NCBI RefSeq assembly: GCF_006345805.1
Contig: NC_043007.1
Coordinates: forward strand, 11,160,001 to 11,224,000
Direction of reading: 5' to 3'
DNA: 64,000 bases
From: Octopus sinensis
Lineage: Eukaryota
The position numbers and the translations under genes are program-made. Below the pieces are notes generated by a model. It worked only from the letters and a program-made list of their open reading frames with translations, was not told where the DNA came from and searched no databases. Shown here piece after piece: positions 42,680 through 54,300 of the stretch (its first letter is position 1; the number at the start of each line of letters is the position of its first letter).

Positions 42680-43720
42680 ACCAATCGCGCTCTCTCTGTC
42701 GATTTCGCTTTTACGCCGACTTGAAAAAATACCCCCCCCCCCCTTCACCCCACATATATAAAAAAAATTATCGATGGACCACTCAAAGAGGTATGTATAC
42801 ATTATCATTTTCGTAACATAATTTCTGTAGTATTTCAAGATGTTTCTGACACGTATTTTGATTCACATGGCGGAGATCCAACATTTCTTCACTTTTTCCA
42901 GAATTTCTTCTCTTTATTTATTTTTTTTGCGAAATACGGAGTTTATGATTCATGTGTGAGTGTGTGTTCTTGATACTCGTTTAGAACAAGTAGTTTTACA
43001 CCAATTACACTATTTTTTCTTAGTTTAAAGGCCGTGGACTGAAGATGTGAAATTTCCGAAGCCTCTCCCCCACCCCCCTTTCGCGAGCGCGCATTTTTTT
43101 CATGATAGTCGTTTAGAGCAAGTTGTTTTACACCTATTACGTTGTTTTTGTTTTTGTTTTTGTGCCCGGTTCAGACGCTTTCGGAAATTCCCGATATAAA
43201 TATTCCGAGGCCTCTCCCCCACCCCTCTTTCTCGAGAGCGCATTTTTTTTTTCATATTCGTTTAGAGCAAGTTGTTTTACACCTATTACACACATTTTTT
43301 TTTTGATTTTCTGATATTTGTTACGCCCTATATTAACCCGGATACATTTCAAGAAAGTGTTTTTTTTTTATATATAGAGTTAGGGTTTTAGAGTTTGTGT
43401 TAGAGTTAGGGTTAGGGGTGGGAGAAAAGGGTTTCTGTTATCTTCAGAAATGTACACAAAGCCACTTACGGTACTTATACCGAAGGATCGCCGGGTTTTA
43501 GGGTTTTAGGGTTAGCTTAGGGTTACGGAAAAAAGTGAAAATGAAAAAATTGTGGGGGGGGGGGGAGGAGAGGGCGGCCAAGTTTCAATATGCTGATTTT
43601 CGGCAATTTTCCGGAATCTCCGTATCCGAAAACGGGGGTTATAAAAAAAAATTGGAGAAAATGGGGGAGGGTGGAAGGAAGTCTTTCCGAGAGTAACTTT
43701 CGCTATAAATCAATAAATAA
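42680..43720. mobile_element. Unclassified TTAGGG-containing repeat with internal partial tandem units
   Basis: CGTTTAGAGCAAGTTGTTTTACACCTATTAC-like motif three times; homologous to 35595-35735. Confidence 0.55.
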
Positions 43721-43880
43721 AGGGTTATTTAGTAATTAAAGTTTGTGAATTTTGGTAATTGTAGTCAATCGTAAGCCACAGATACGTTCATGTTTTTCTC
43801 TTTAAAATTAACATAAACATTTATTTACATGAAAGAAAATTACCGACTAAATAAGATATATTTATATGAATAAAAAAAAA

Positions 43881-44082
43881 GGCGAGCTGGTAGAAACGTT
43901 AGCACGCCGGGCGAAATGCTTAGTGCCGCTACGTTCTGAGTTCAAATTCCGCCGAGGACGACTTTGCCTTTCATCCTTTCGGGATCGATAAATTAAGTAC
44001 CAATAGCGTACTGGTGTCGATCTTAATCGACAGGCCACCTCCCCCAAAATCTCGGACCTTGTGCCTAGAGTAGAAAAGAATA
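43881..44082 (+). mobile_element. SINE family B (alternative 3' end)
   Basis: Head and core present; the 3' end resembles 33130-33192. Confidence 0.8.
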
Positions 44083-44251
44083 TTTATTTATTTATAGGCG
44101 CAGGAATGGCTGTGTGGTAAACAGCTTGCTTACCAACCACATGTTTCTGGGTTCAGTCACACTACGTGGGCAAGTGTCTTCTACTATAGCCTCAGGCCGC
44201 CCAAAGAATTGTGAAGTGGATTTGGTAGACGGAAACTGAAAGAAGCCCGTC

Positions 44252-44317
<66 letters not shown>

Positions 44318-44415
44318 TGATAAAACGGTAAGATAACAAAAGAAAGAAAGAGACCTCAATATTATGTAAATAGAGGAAATTTATCTATACAATATGTTAC
44401 ATTACTCGGTAGTCA

Positions 44416-44478
44416 AGATAAAACTCTGAGTTTCAGATGCCGAAGTGGAAATCCACAACACCATCTCTTCGGTTATCT
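44416..44478 (-). ncRNA. Minimal type I hammerhead motif (left arm)
   Basis: Exact inverted copy of 46424-46486. Confidence 0.65.
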
Positions 44479-46423
44479 GGCTATTTGAAAACGTTATGAA
44501 AAAATACCGTTAAAAATGAAGGGAAATTACTCTGTTATAACTCTGCTTTGCCTGCGTACTTATACATCGCTCGCATTTTTCGTCATAAAAATTATATAAA
44601 AATACATAAAAATATATAAAATATATAAAATCTTCTTGGGACATAACACAGAAAGCATGTTCTATCCGTTTTCTTTAGGGGACCAAAAACGTAACAGAAA
44701 TTTAGTCACATGTGGGCATGATCCGAAAAGCTCTGTCCTTGTATTTAGACATGTGGTAGGGTCTAAGCTGCTTTTCCAGATAAGCCATCTCTCCATGTCG
44801 CATAAACCGCACCTTCCGCTGCCGTTAGTATAGGGCTTACATCTGGCCAAAATCTTCCATTGTATGTTATAATCGACACCTTTATCTCTTAAAGACCAAA
44901 TATGATTGGATAATTGTGTCGCTTTTCTTTTGTTCCAGTGCCTAAAGCTCAAAGTGTGGTTATTGAACCTGGCCTTGAAATTACCCTCTGTCAGGCCCAC
45001 GTATTTCTTCGTCGAAACGGTGTCTTTAGTGGTTATAGAGTTTACGGTAGCTTCATATATGATGGTCTTGGACATGCAAGCTCCATTTAGCGGGCACAAT
45101 TCTTTATTCCTGCATGAACAGCTGTTTCTCTTCTTGTGTTTTTTGTATGTTATGATTGATTATGTTTTTAAAATTGGTAGTTGAACTAAAACTAATTTTT
45201 AAATTGTGTCTATTAAAGAGTTTCCTATAAGCATGGTTAACTGGAAAATGTCTATCTATCAGTGCTAGGAATATTTACCTATATTGAAGGCCACCTCGGG
45301 TGAGTAAGGGGGCGTAAACCAGATGACCTTCCTATTTCTATTATTCCTTTTCCTTATTGTTGGGCTGGTGATAGGTGTATATTTTATTTTTTCGCTAAAA
45401 CCACTATCTTTTAAAGCTTTATTATAAACTGGGGCAACGCTATTGAAGATGTCCTCATTAGATGAGAGGCTAGAAATCCTCTTACTAATATTTTTAACTA
45501 AATTTTTGAATACTATAGGGGGATGGCATGAACCTACATTAATATAACTTAGTCTATCATTGGGCTTCCTATAAGGCTTATAAATATTATTATTAAGATC
45601 TAAGGAAACGTCTAAGAAATTTCCTAGCACTGATAGATAGACATTTTCCAGTTAACCATGCTTATAGGAAACTCTTTAATAGACACAATTTAAAAATTAG
45701 TTTTAGTTCAACTACCAATTTTAAAAACATAATCAATCATAACATACAAAAAACACAAGAAGAAAACAGCTGTTCATGCAGGAATAAAGAATTGTGCCCG
45801 CTAAATGGAGCTTGCATGTCCAAGACCATCATATATGAAGCTACCGTAAACTCTATAACCACTAAAGACACCGTTTCGACGAAGAAATACGTGGGCCTGA
45901 CAGAGGGTAATTTCAAGGCCAGGTTCAATAACCACACTTTGAGCTTTAGGCACTGGAACAAAAGAAAAGCGACACAATTATCCAATCATATTTGGTCTTT
46001 AAGAGATAAAGGTGTCGATTATAACATACAATGGAAGATTTTGGCCAGATGTAAGCCCTATACTAACGGCAGCGGAAGGTGCGGTTTATGCGACATGGAG
46101 AGATGGCTTATCTGGAAAAGCAGCTTAGACCCTACCACATGTCTAAATACAAGGACAGAGCTTTTCGGATCATGCCCACATGTGACTAAATTTCTGTTAC
46201 GTTTTTGGTCCCCTAAAGAAAACGGATAGAACATGCTTTCTGTGTTATGTCCCAAGAAGATTTTATATATTTTTATATATTTTTATATATTTTTATGTAT
46301 TTTTATATAATTTTTATGACGAAAAATGCGAGCGATGTATAAGTACGCAGGCAAAGCAGAGTTATAACAGAGTAATTTCCCTTCATTTTTAACGGTATTT
46401 TTTCATAACGTTTTCAAATAGCC

Positions 46424-46486
46424 AGATAACCGAAGAGATGGTGTTGTGGATTTCCACTTCGGCATCTGAAACTCAGAGTTTTATCT
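46424..46486 (+). ncRNA. Minimal type I hammerhead motif (right arm)
   Basis: AGATAA-CCGAAGA-GATG...GTGG(ATTT)CCAC...CATC-T-GAAA-CTC(A)GAG-T-T-TTATCT: helix I 6 bp, long helix II, GUU triplet, predicted cut at 46480/46481. Confidence 0.65.
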
Positions 46487-46515
46487 TGACTACCGAGTAA
46501 TGTAACATATTGTAT

Positions 46516-46563
<48 letters not shown>

Positions 46564-46834
46564 TTGTGTGTCTGTGTTTGTCCCCACAGCATCGCTTGAC
46601 AACCGATGCTGGTGTGTTTACGTCCCCGTAACTAAGCGGTTCGGCAAAAGAAACCGATAGAATAAGTACTAGGCTTACAAAGAATAACTCCTGGGGTGGA
46701 TTTGCTCGACTAAAGGCGGTGCTCCAGCATGGCCGCAGTCAAATGACTGAAGCAAGTAAAAGAGAGAGATATGACACACGTTGTTTACAAATATTGACAC
46801 GCACACGTAAATATTAAGTTTAAAAAGTAATTTT

Positions 46835-46935
46835 TCAAACCCCTGTGACATCCTAATATACTGCAAAACCCTTTTTGGGGTCCGAAAAACGGAATGGGGT
46901 GAAGTGGAAGCCTCGGCAATTTCACCCATCCCCAT
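46835..46935 (-). repeat. Diverged inverted copy of the start of the 340-bp unit
   Basis: Reverse complement GGGTGAAATTGCCGAGGCTTCCACTTCACC...AGGATGTCACAGG. Confidence 0.75.
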
Positions 46936-47040
46936 CCCCCATTGATGTTTTCAGGGTTAGGGAAATCCGTCGCGGATTCATTGGAATTATTTTTTATCCC
47001 TAGTGAAAATCGTGCAGGTGAAAAGATCCAATGATGGCAG

Positions 47041-48401
47041 GGGTGGGTGAAATTTCTGAGGCTTCCACCTCACCGCACTCCGTTTTTCGGACCCCCAAAA
47101 AGGGTTTTATAGCATATTAGGATGTCACAGGAATTCATTCAACGAAAAAATAACACAAAAAAAAAATTCCAATGAACCCGGGACCGTGTGCCCCCCACCC
47201 ACCACCACCACCACTTCTCCCGAACCAAAATAAGGGATTTGCAGCATATTAGGAGGTCAGGGTACTTGATACCCCGCAAAAAGTCCGAGTTTTTTTTTCT
47301 TTTTTCTTTTTTTTTTTTTTCTTCTTTCTAAGTGAAAATCATGCGGGTGTTACTCTGAAAAATTGCCGGGGGTAGGGGTGGGTGAAATTTCTGAGGCTTC
47401 CACCTCACCGCACTCCGTTTTTCGGGCCCCCAAAAAGGGTTTTATAGCATATTAGGTAGGATGTCACAGGAATTCATTCAACGAAAAAAAAAACACAAAA
47501 AAAAATTCCAATGAACCCGGGACCGTGTGCCCCCCACCCACCACCACCACCACTTCTCCCGAACCAAAATAAGGGATTTGCAGCATATTAGGAGGTCAGG
47601 GTACTTGATACCCCGCAAAAAGTCCGAGTTTTTTTTTCTTTTTTCTTTTTTTTTTTTTTCTTCTTTCTAAGTGAAAATCATGCGGGTGTTACTCTGAAAA
47701 ATTGCCGGGGGTAGGGGTGGGTGAAATTTCTGAGGCTTCCACCTCACCGCACTCCGTTTTTCGGGCCCCCAAAAAGGGTTTTATAGCATATTAGGTAGGA
47801 TGTCACAGGAATTCATTCAACGAAAAAAAAAACACAAAAAAAATTCCAATGAACCCGGGACCGTGTGCCCCCCACCCACCACCACCACCACTTCTCCCGA
47901 ACCAAAATAAGGGATTTGCAGCATATTAGGAGGTCAGGGTACTTGATACCCCGCAAAAAGTCCGAGTTTTTTTTTCTTTTTTCTTTTTTTTTTTTTTTTT
48001 CTTTCTTTCTAAGTGAAAATCATGCGGGTGTTACTCTGAAAAATTGCCGGGGGTAGGGGTGGGTGAAATTTCTGAGGCTTCCACCTCACCGCACTCCGTT
48101 TTTCGGGCCCCCAAAAAGGGTTTTATAGCATATTAGGTAGGATGTCACAGGAATTCATTCAACGAAAAAAAAAACACACAAAAAAAAATTCCAATGAACC
48201 CGGGACCGTGTGCCCCCCCCCACCACCACCACCACCACTTCTCCCGAACCAAAATAAGGGATTTGCAGCATATTAGGAGGTCAGGGTACTTGAATACCCC
48301 GCAAAAAGTCCGAGATTTTTTTTTCTTTTTCTTTTTTTTTTTTTTTTTTTTTCTTTCTTTCTAAGTGAAAATCATGCGGGTGTTACTCAGAAAAATTGCC
48401 G
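47041..48401 (+). repeat. Tandem array, 4 x ~340 bp
   Basis: Unit starts at 47041, 47376, 47715 and 48057; units differ mainly in homopolymer lengths. Confidence 0.95.
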
Positions 48402-49133
48402 AATAAGGAAATGGGAAGACAAGAGAAGTCAGTAAGAACTTGTCAATATATATATCTGCGTGTGTGTCTCTATTTCGAAATGAAAATGTGGTAAACCGAA
48501 AATGCATTCGTAAAACATGGTAAAATATTATAATAATAATAAACTTTGGGTAATACTTACATTTGATACACAAGGGCTTACTTTATAAATGTTCCTGGCA
48601 CCTGGTGATCCAGACTGGTTGCTTACAAGTATAGAGCTAAAAACAAACTGTTGAATAAACACATGGGTAAAAACAAACCGGTTAACGTTGTCCATAATTT
48701 CTGGTGGTGTTTTAATGTTTAAAGCGGTTTTCTTTTTGTCTTGAACAAGGTACATGACACCCGAAGAAGAGTCATCAACGTGGTAGGCAATGTATTCATG
48801 AGGATTAATGCGAGAAATCGGATGAAGATAGTGAAGATAAACGACGATCTAAGTTAATCCTTGGTGTTAGAGCTTAAGGGGTGAGATGATCGTGATGGAT
48901 TATAAAACAAGGAGAGAACAACGGTGGTCTTTCACATTTCTTGTGTAACTTATTCAAAATATACACAATATAATCCACTATATATATGTGTTTATACAGA
49001 TAAAACAAGATATTCTGTGCATGCATGTATTACACGTTCAGAAACGGTCCTCTCCGTCTGTCTCTCTCTCTCCACGACTATGTGGCCTACTTCGTTCTAG
49101 TTCCTCTCAAGTCAAATCACGTCGCGCACAAGC

Positions 49134-49656
49134 TGAGAACTGTTCCCAATTCGCGTCTGTAGGTTTCACACGTACACACGTACACACATACACACGCACA
49201 CACATACACACACACACGCGCACACAAACACACACACGCATGTAATTAAAAAAGTTCAAACGGGAAATGATTCCATTCAATATCATGTTTATTATAGAGA
49301 TTATGTAACAAATATTATAAGTGTAAACACTTATATATTTAACTGTGCGTGTATATTCCTTATTTTTGCTTCTGGTGTCTTCCGCCTGTCCATTAGAAAC
49401 GTTTACCTGGGAATTTACTTAAAGTTTTAAAAATTCGTATGCAACAGATAAGTCGTCTTAATAACATATTTCCGTGTACCAGACTTTAGCTGTTATTTTT
49501 AGCATAACGAGTTTTCTGGCGAGGGCTTCATTTACCTTAATTGACTGCTTGTTGCTTCAGTAGAAATCTGCGGATACACAAACGCATAAAACGGAGAAAA
49601 TGAAACAAATATGGACGACTTGTTCAGAAACAGCCGCGAGTGGGGAACAGTTCTCA
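49134..49656. mobile_element. Possible MITE (imperfect ~30-bp TIRs)
   Basis: TGAGAACTGTTCCCAATTCGCG versus CGCGAGTGGGGAACAGTTCTCA; no TSD seen. Confidence 0.35.
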
Positions 49657-49790
49657 AAAATAGCCCCCAGTTCACCCCCACCCCCCAAATCCATATGTCC
49701 TCGAAATCTACATAGTCCGGGGTATATTCGTAGAGAATTTCATTAAAAAATATCCATTTTCTTGAAAGTTAAGACGAATTGAAGTGGACT

Positions 49791-50072
49791 GGATCTTCTC
49801 CTTTTGAACGGCAGTTTGTAACATAATTTCTAGGTAACTAAAAAGTTTTAAACTTCGTATACTGGTAGAATGTGTTTATAAAACATCATTTTCTCTTGGT
49901 TTTATTGAGAAAATTCTATAGTTTGTAAGATATTTCGTCTGAAAATCCGAGCATTTCGGCAATTTTAACCAATCGATTACCTCCATTGAGCTAAAATCAT
50001 TTGCTGCGTCTAAAACTGAGACAACATCCTGTCACTAACCCTAAACCTCCCCTAACCCTAACCCTAACCCTA
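49791..50072. mobile_element. Variant of GG-ended MITE family 1, left part ending in (CCCTAA)n
   Basis: GGATCTTCTCCTTTTGAACGGCAGTTT plus the shared body. Confidence 0.65.
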
Positions 50073-50074
50073 AA

Positions 50075-50334
50075 TTTTTTTTTCCTTAATTCTTAAATTA
50101 ATTTAATTGTTACGCGTGTAAAAATAAAACTAAAGCAAGGGAAAATAATTTAAACAATTAACAAACAAAATAATTCTATAATTTTATACACACGCTTTCC
50201 GTAAGTATACGGAAAGCGTGTGTATAATTATAGAATTATTTTGTTTGTTAATTGTTTAAACTATTTTCCATTGCTTTAGTTTTTTTTTTACACGCGTAAC
50301 AATTAAATTAATTTAAGAATTAAGAAAAAAAAAA
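50075..50334. repeat. Foldback with ~128-bp arms
   Basis: Centre GCTTTCCGTA-AGTA-TACGGAAAGC. Confidence 0.85.
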
Positions 50335-50949
50335 GTCTGTCTCCAATTTATTTCTCCATAGGGAATTAAGATGGCATTGTTTTCAGTTCTATACTACATG
50401 CACATACATGCACACACACACACACACACACACACACCACACACACACACACACACATACACACACACACACACACTAATATGTGTTTGTAATTACCTAC
50501 ATGTTTTCACATACCACTAATAATAATAATAATAATGAAATTATTGTATACAGTGCTCAGGTGCACCACAACTTGTCAGAAAGTGCATATAAAGTACATG
50601 CAGTAGTGTAGAAATGTCTGGAAAGTGAACATGCTTGTGTGTGTATGGAGGGGAGAAAATCAAGTGTAGTGTTGGCAAATCTCAGGAAGCATGGCAGTCT
50701 TGAAGGATGCAATGCTCCGATCGAAGGAAATGATCTATCCCCTCTTTTGTGATATTCAGATCTTTATGAATATAATGAAAACGACCTGTTGTCTCTAAAG
50801 TGTCCAAAATTTGATAAAATTGTCCACAGAAGCGATATAAAGAAATTTTTTTTTTCATAACTCATTCTCCAATTGCCCAATTGCCCCCTTTGGTATATTA
50901 AACATCATGTACAAAAGGTATAAAAATTCAACATAACCAAACACATGCC

Positions 50950-51035
50950 TCACCAAAATATTACCATGCCCCACCAAAATATTACCATGCTCCACCAAAA
51001 TATTACCATGCCCCACCAAAATATTACCATGCTCC
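50950..51035 (+). repeat. 21-bp tandem repeat x4
   Basis: CACCAAAATATTACCATGC(C/T)C. Confidence 0.9.
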
Positions 51036-51148
51036 ACTGGTGGGGCATGTTCCCCACATTGGGAATCACAGCCTCAAACTCTCCCACTATAGTTAGACAA
51101 TCTCACCCGCCTAGCATCCACACGCATAATACTAGATCTAGGAATCTA

Positions 51149-51397
51149 TTGGGGTGGTGCATAATTATTGTCTTTTTTTCAACAAATTTTATTCAACAAA
51201 AACAATAACAAAATTTGACAAAAAGATCTTTAAATGATGGTCTGACCGTCTGCCAAGCAAATGAGAAGCAGTAATTGAAGTAGATGGTGAATATGCTCCA
51301 GAATAATCATTTAAAGATGCTTTTGCTACATGTTGCTATTGTTTTTGTTGAATAAAATTTGTTGAAAAAAAGCTGCAATGATTATGCACCAATCCAA
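51149..51397. mobile_element. mariner-type MITE
   Basis: TA-TTGGGGTGGTGCATAAT ... ATTATGCACCAATCCAA-TA; TIRs about 60 bp. Confidence 0.8.
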
Positions 51398-51399
51398 TA

Positions 51400-51687
51400 T
51401 ATATATATAAAGATGAGAATGTATGTCTGCCTGTCTGTGTGAATCCCTAAAACTCAAGAACTATACAACTGATTTCATTCAAATTTTACACATGCCTTAT
51501 TTAGGCTCCATGTAGTGTCATGGGTCAAAACAATTTTCAACCTTTTGCCTTATGTGAGCCCAGAGCAATCTTTTATCTCTTCCACTATTTCAGTATTACG
51601 TGTCGAAAGTGAAACAACATCTCTCTATTGTAATGTTAAATACTTTCACTTTAATAGTTCCACTATTAATACTGAGCCTATTATAGG

Positions 51688-51690
<3 letters not shown>
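51400..51690 (+). mobile_element. Helitron-like 5' fragment
   Basis: TATATATAAAGATGAGAATGTATGTCTG resembles the 5' ends of the other copies; no CTAG end. Confidence 0.4.
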
Positions 51691-51733
<43 letters not shown>

Positions 51734-51864
51734 AATATATATTATATGTGTATGTGTGTATATACACACATATATATATGTTTGTATATATATATGTATG
51801 TATATATATATGTATGTATATATATATGTATATATATATGTATATATGTATATATATATGTAAG

Positions 51865-51898
<34 letters not shown>

Positions 51899-52974
51899 AG
51901 ACTGGAGGTGTTTCGCGTTGCAAGACAGTGTGTGAGAGAGAATTGTGATGTGGTGGGAGAGAAGTGTGTTCGCATGGAAGATGGTTCACTTGCGCTAAAC
52001 AAGGATGCAAAGAGAGAGGCTTGGAGACGCCACTATGAAAGGTTGCTGAATAAAGAAAATGAATGGGATAAAGAGAGCCTGCCGAACGTTGACCCAACAG
52101 AGGGACCAGCTATCAGGGTTGATAGTTCCTTAGTAGCTAAGGCAATTAGAAGCATGAAGACAGGCCCATCAGGTATCACTGCAGAGATGCTCAAAATATC
52201 TGGTAGTGTCGGCTATAGCCTAGTCACCTGTATAGTTAATCAGGTGATACATGAAGGAGTCATACCCAATGACTGGTGTAGCAGCATAATAGTCAACTGC
52301 TACAAAGGTAAAGGTGATGCCCTAGATACAAATAATTACAGAGGTATCAAGCTGTTGGATCAGGTGATGAAGGTTACAGAGAGGGTCATAAGCCAACTAA
52401 TTAGAGAGAGAGTTAGTTTAGATGAGATGCAGTTTGGTTTCGTGCCAGGGAAAAGTACCACTGATGCTATATTCCTGGTAAGGCAGCTGCAGGAAAAATA
52501 CCTAGCCAAAGATAAGGCCCTGTACCTGGCTTTTGTTGACATGGAGAAAGCCTTCGACAGGGTCCCCCGATCCCTCATATGGTGGTCAATGAGGAAACTA
52601 GGAATAGAAGAATGGTTAGTGAGAGCTGTGCAAGCCATGTACAGGGACGCTGCTAGTAAGGTGAGGGTTGGAAATGAGTACAGTGAAGAATTCCGGGTAG
52701 AGGTAGGGGTCCACCAAGGCTCAGTCCTCAGCCCCCTCCTATTTATCATAGTCCTCCAGGCAATAACGGAGGAATTCAAGACAGGATGCCCCTGGGAGCT
52801 CCTCTATGCTGATGACCTTGCTCTAATTGCTGAGTCATTATCAGAACTGGAGAAGAAGTTTCAGGTGTGGAAGCATGGTTTAGAATCGAAGGGCTTAGAG
52901 TCAACCTAGCTAAAACCAAAGTCCTAATAAGTAGGAAGGTAGACAAATCACAAACGCCTTCAGGTAGATGGCCC

Positions 52975-53106
52975 TGCTCGATCTGTAGAAAAGGTGTAGG
53001 TAGAAACTCTATAAGATGCACCAAGTGTAAGCTATGGACACATAAGAGGTGCAGCAATGTCAAAGGAAGGCTAACTAGGAAGATGGTTTTTGTATGTGGC
53101 AGATGC
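52975..53106 (+). other. C4HC3 PHD-like zinc finger within the LINE ORF
   Basis: CSIC-x9-CTKC-x4-HKRC-x13-CGRC. Confidence 0.7.
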
Positions 53107-53825
53107 TCGGGAGCATTAACCTCTGAAAATCTGCAGAAAACAACTTCCGTCACTTTCCAGGGGGAAAAACTAGAAGTAGTTGATAGCTTCCGTTATCTTG
53201 GTGACCAAGTCAGTAGTGGGGGTGGGTGTGCTGAAAGTGTAACGGCTAGAGTAAGAATAGCCTGGGCAAAGTTTAGGGAGCTCTTACCTCTGTTGGTGAC
53301 TAAAGGCCTCTCGCTCAGAGTAAAAGGCAGACTGTATGATGCATGTGTACGAACAGCCATGCTACATGGCAGTGAAACATGGGCCGTGACTGCTGAGGAC
53401 ATGCGTAAGCTCGCGAGAAATGAAGCTAGTATGCTCCGTTGGATGTGTAATGTCAGTGTTCATAGTCGACAGAGTGTAAGTACCTTGAGAGAAAAGTTGG
53501 ACCTAAGAGGAATCAGATGTTGTGTGCAAGAGAGACGATTGCGCTGGTATGGTCATGTGGTGAGAATGGATGAAGATAGGTGTGTGAAAAAGTGCCACAT
53601 CCTGGCAGTTGAGGGGACCTGTGTAAGAGGTAGACCCAGGAAAACCTGGGTCGAGGTGGTGAAGCATGACCTTCAAACTCTAGGTCTCACCAAGGAAATG
53701 ACCAGAGACCGAGACCTATGGAAGTATGCTGTGCGTGAGAAGACCCGGCAAGACCAGTGAGAACAATCAAAATCAAATCATATATCAGAAAGCAGGGGTT
53801 AAGTGACCCATCCGTTCGTGTCCAC

Positions 53826-54300
53826 TGTCAGCCTCGTCTGGCACCCGTGCCGGTGATACGTAAAAGCACCATTCGCTCATGGCCGTTTGTCAGCTCTGCC
53901 TGGCCCCGTGTCGGCGGCATGTAAAAGCACCATCCATTCGTGTTCGTTGCCAGCCTCGCCTGGCCCCGTGCCGGTGACACGTAAAAGCACCGTCCATTCG
54001 TGGCCGTTTGCCAGCTCTGTCTGGCCGCGTGTCGGTGGCACATAAAAGCACCATCCGTTCGTGGCCGTTTGCCAGCTCTGTCTGGCCCCCATGCCGGTGA
54101 CACGTAAAAGCACCGTCCGTTCGTGGCCGGTTGCCAGCTCTGTCTGGCCCCGTGTCGGTGGCACGTAAAAGCACCATCCGTTTGTGTCCGTTGCCAGCAT
54201 CGCCTGGCCCTGTGCCGGTGACACGTAAAAGCACCATCCGTTCGTGGCCGTTCGCCAGCTCTGTCTGGCACCTGTGCAGGTGGCACGTAAAAAACACCCA
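53826..54300 (+). repeat. ~59-bp tandem repeat (about 8 units) in the LINE 3' UTR
   Basis: Two alternating variants around GT(G/C)CGGTG(G/A)CAC(A/G)TAAAAGCACC. Confidence 0.9.

Larger units (their letters stand above)
44318..46520. mobile_element. Penelope-like element 3' region as a head-to-head inverted duplication
   Basis: Minus-strand RT thumb at 45265-45630 (FLDVSLDL...YKPYRKPND...SCHPP...VIWFTPPYS). Identical GIY-YIG-type ORFs at 44662-45099(-) and 45792-46229(+): CPLNGAC...IIYEATV...YVGLTEGNFKARFNNH...CGLC. Arms are about 890 bp. Confidence 0.9.
44097..46768 (+). mobile_element. SINE family A split by a Penelope-like foldback
   Basis: Head at 44097-44255; tail at 46545-46768. Confidence 0.8.

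Noticed and set aside
51515-51898. N-terminal part of the 464-aa ORF
   Set aside because: It is read-through from Helitron-like DNA and (CA)/(TA) repeats into the truncated LINE frame, not a fusion gene.
53826-54300. CRISPR-like periodicity (also 47041-48401 and 50950-51035)
   Set aside because: Units are repeated in full with no unique spacers, there are no cas genes, and the context is eukaryotic.
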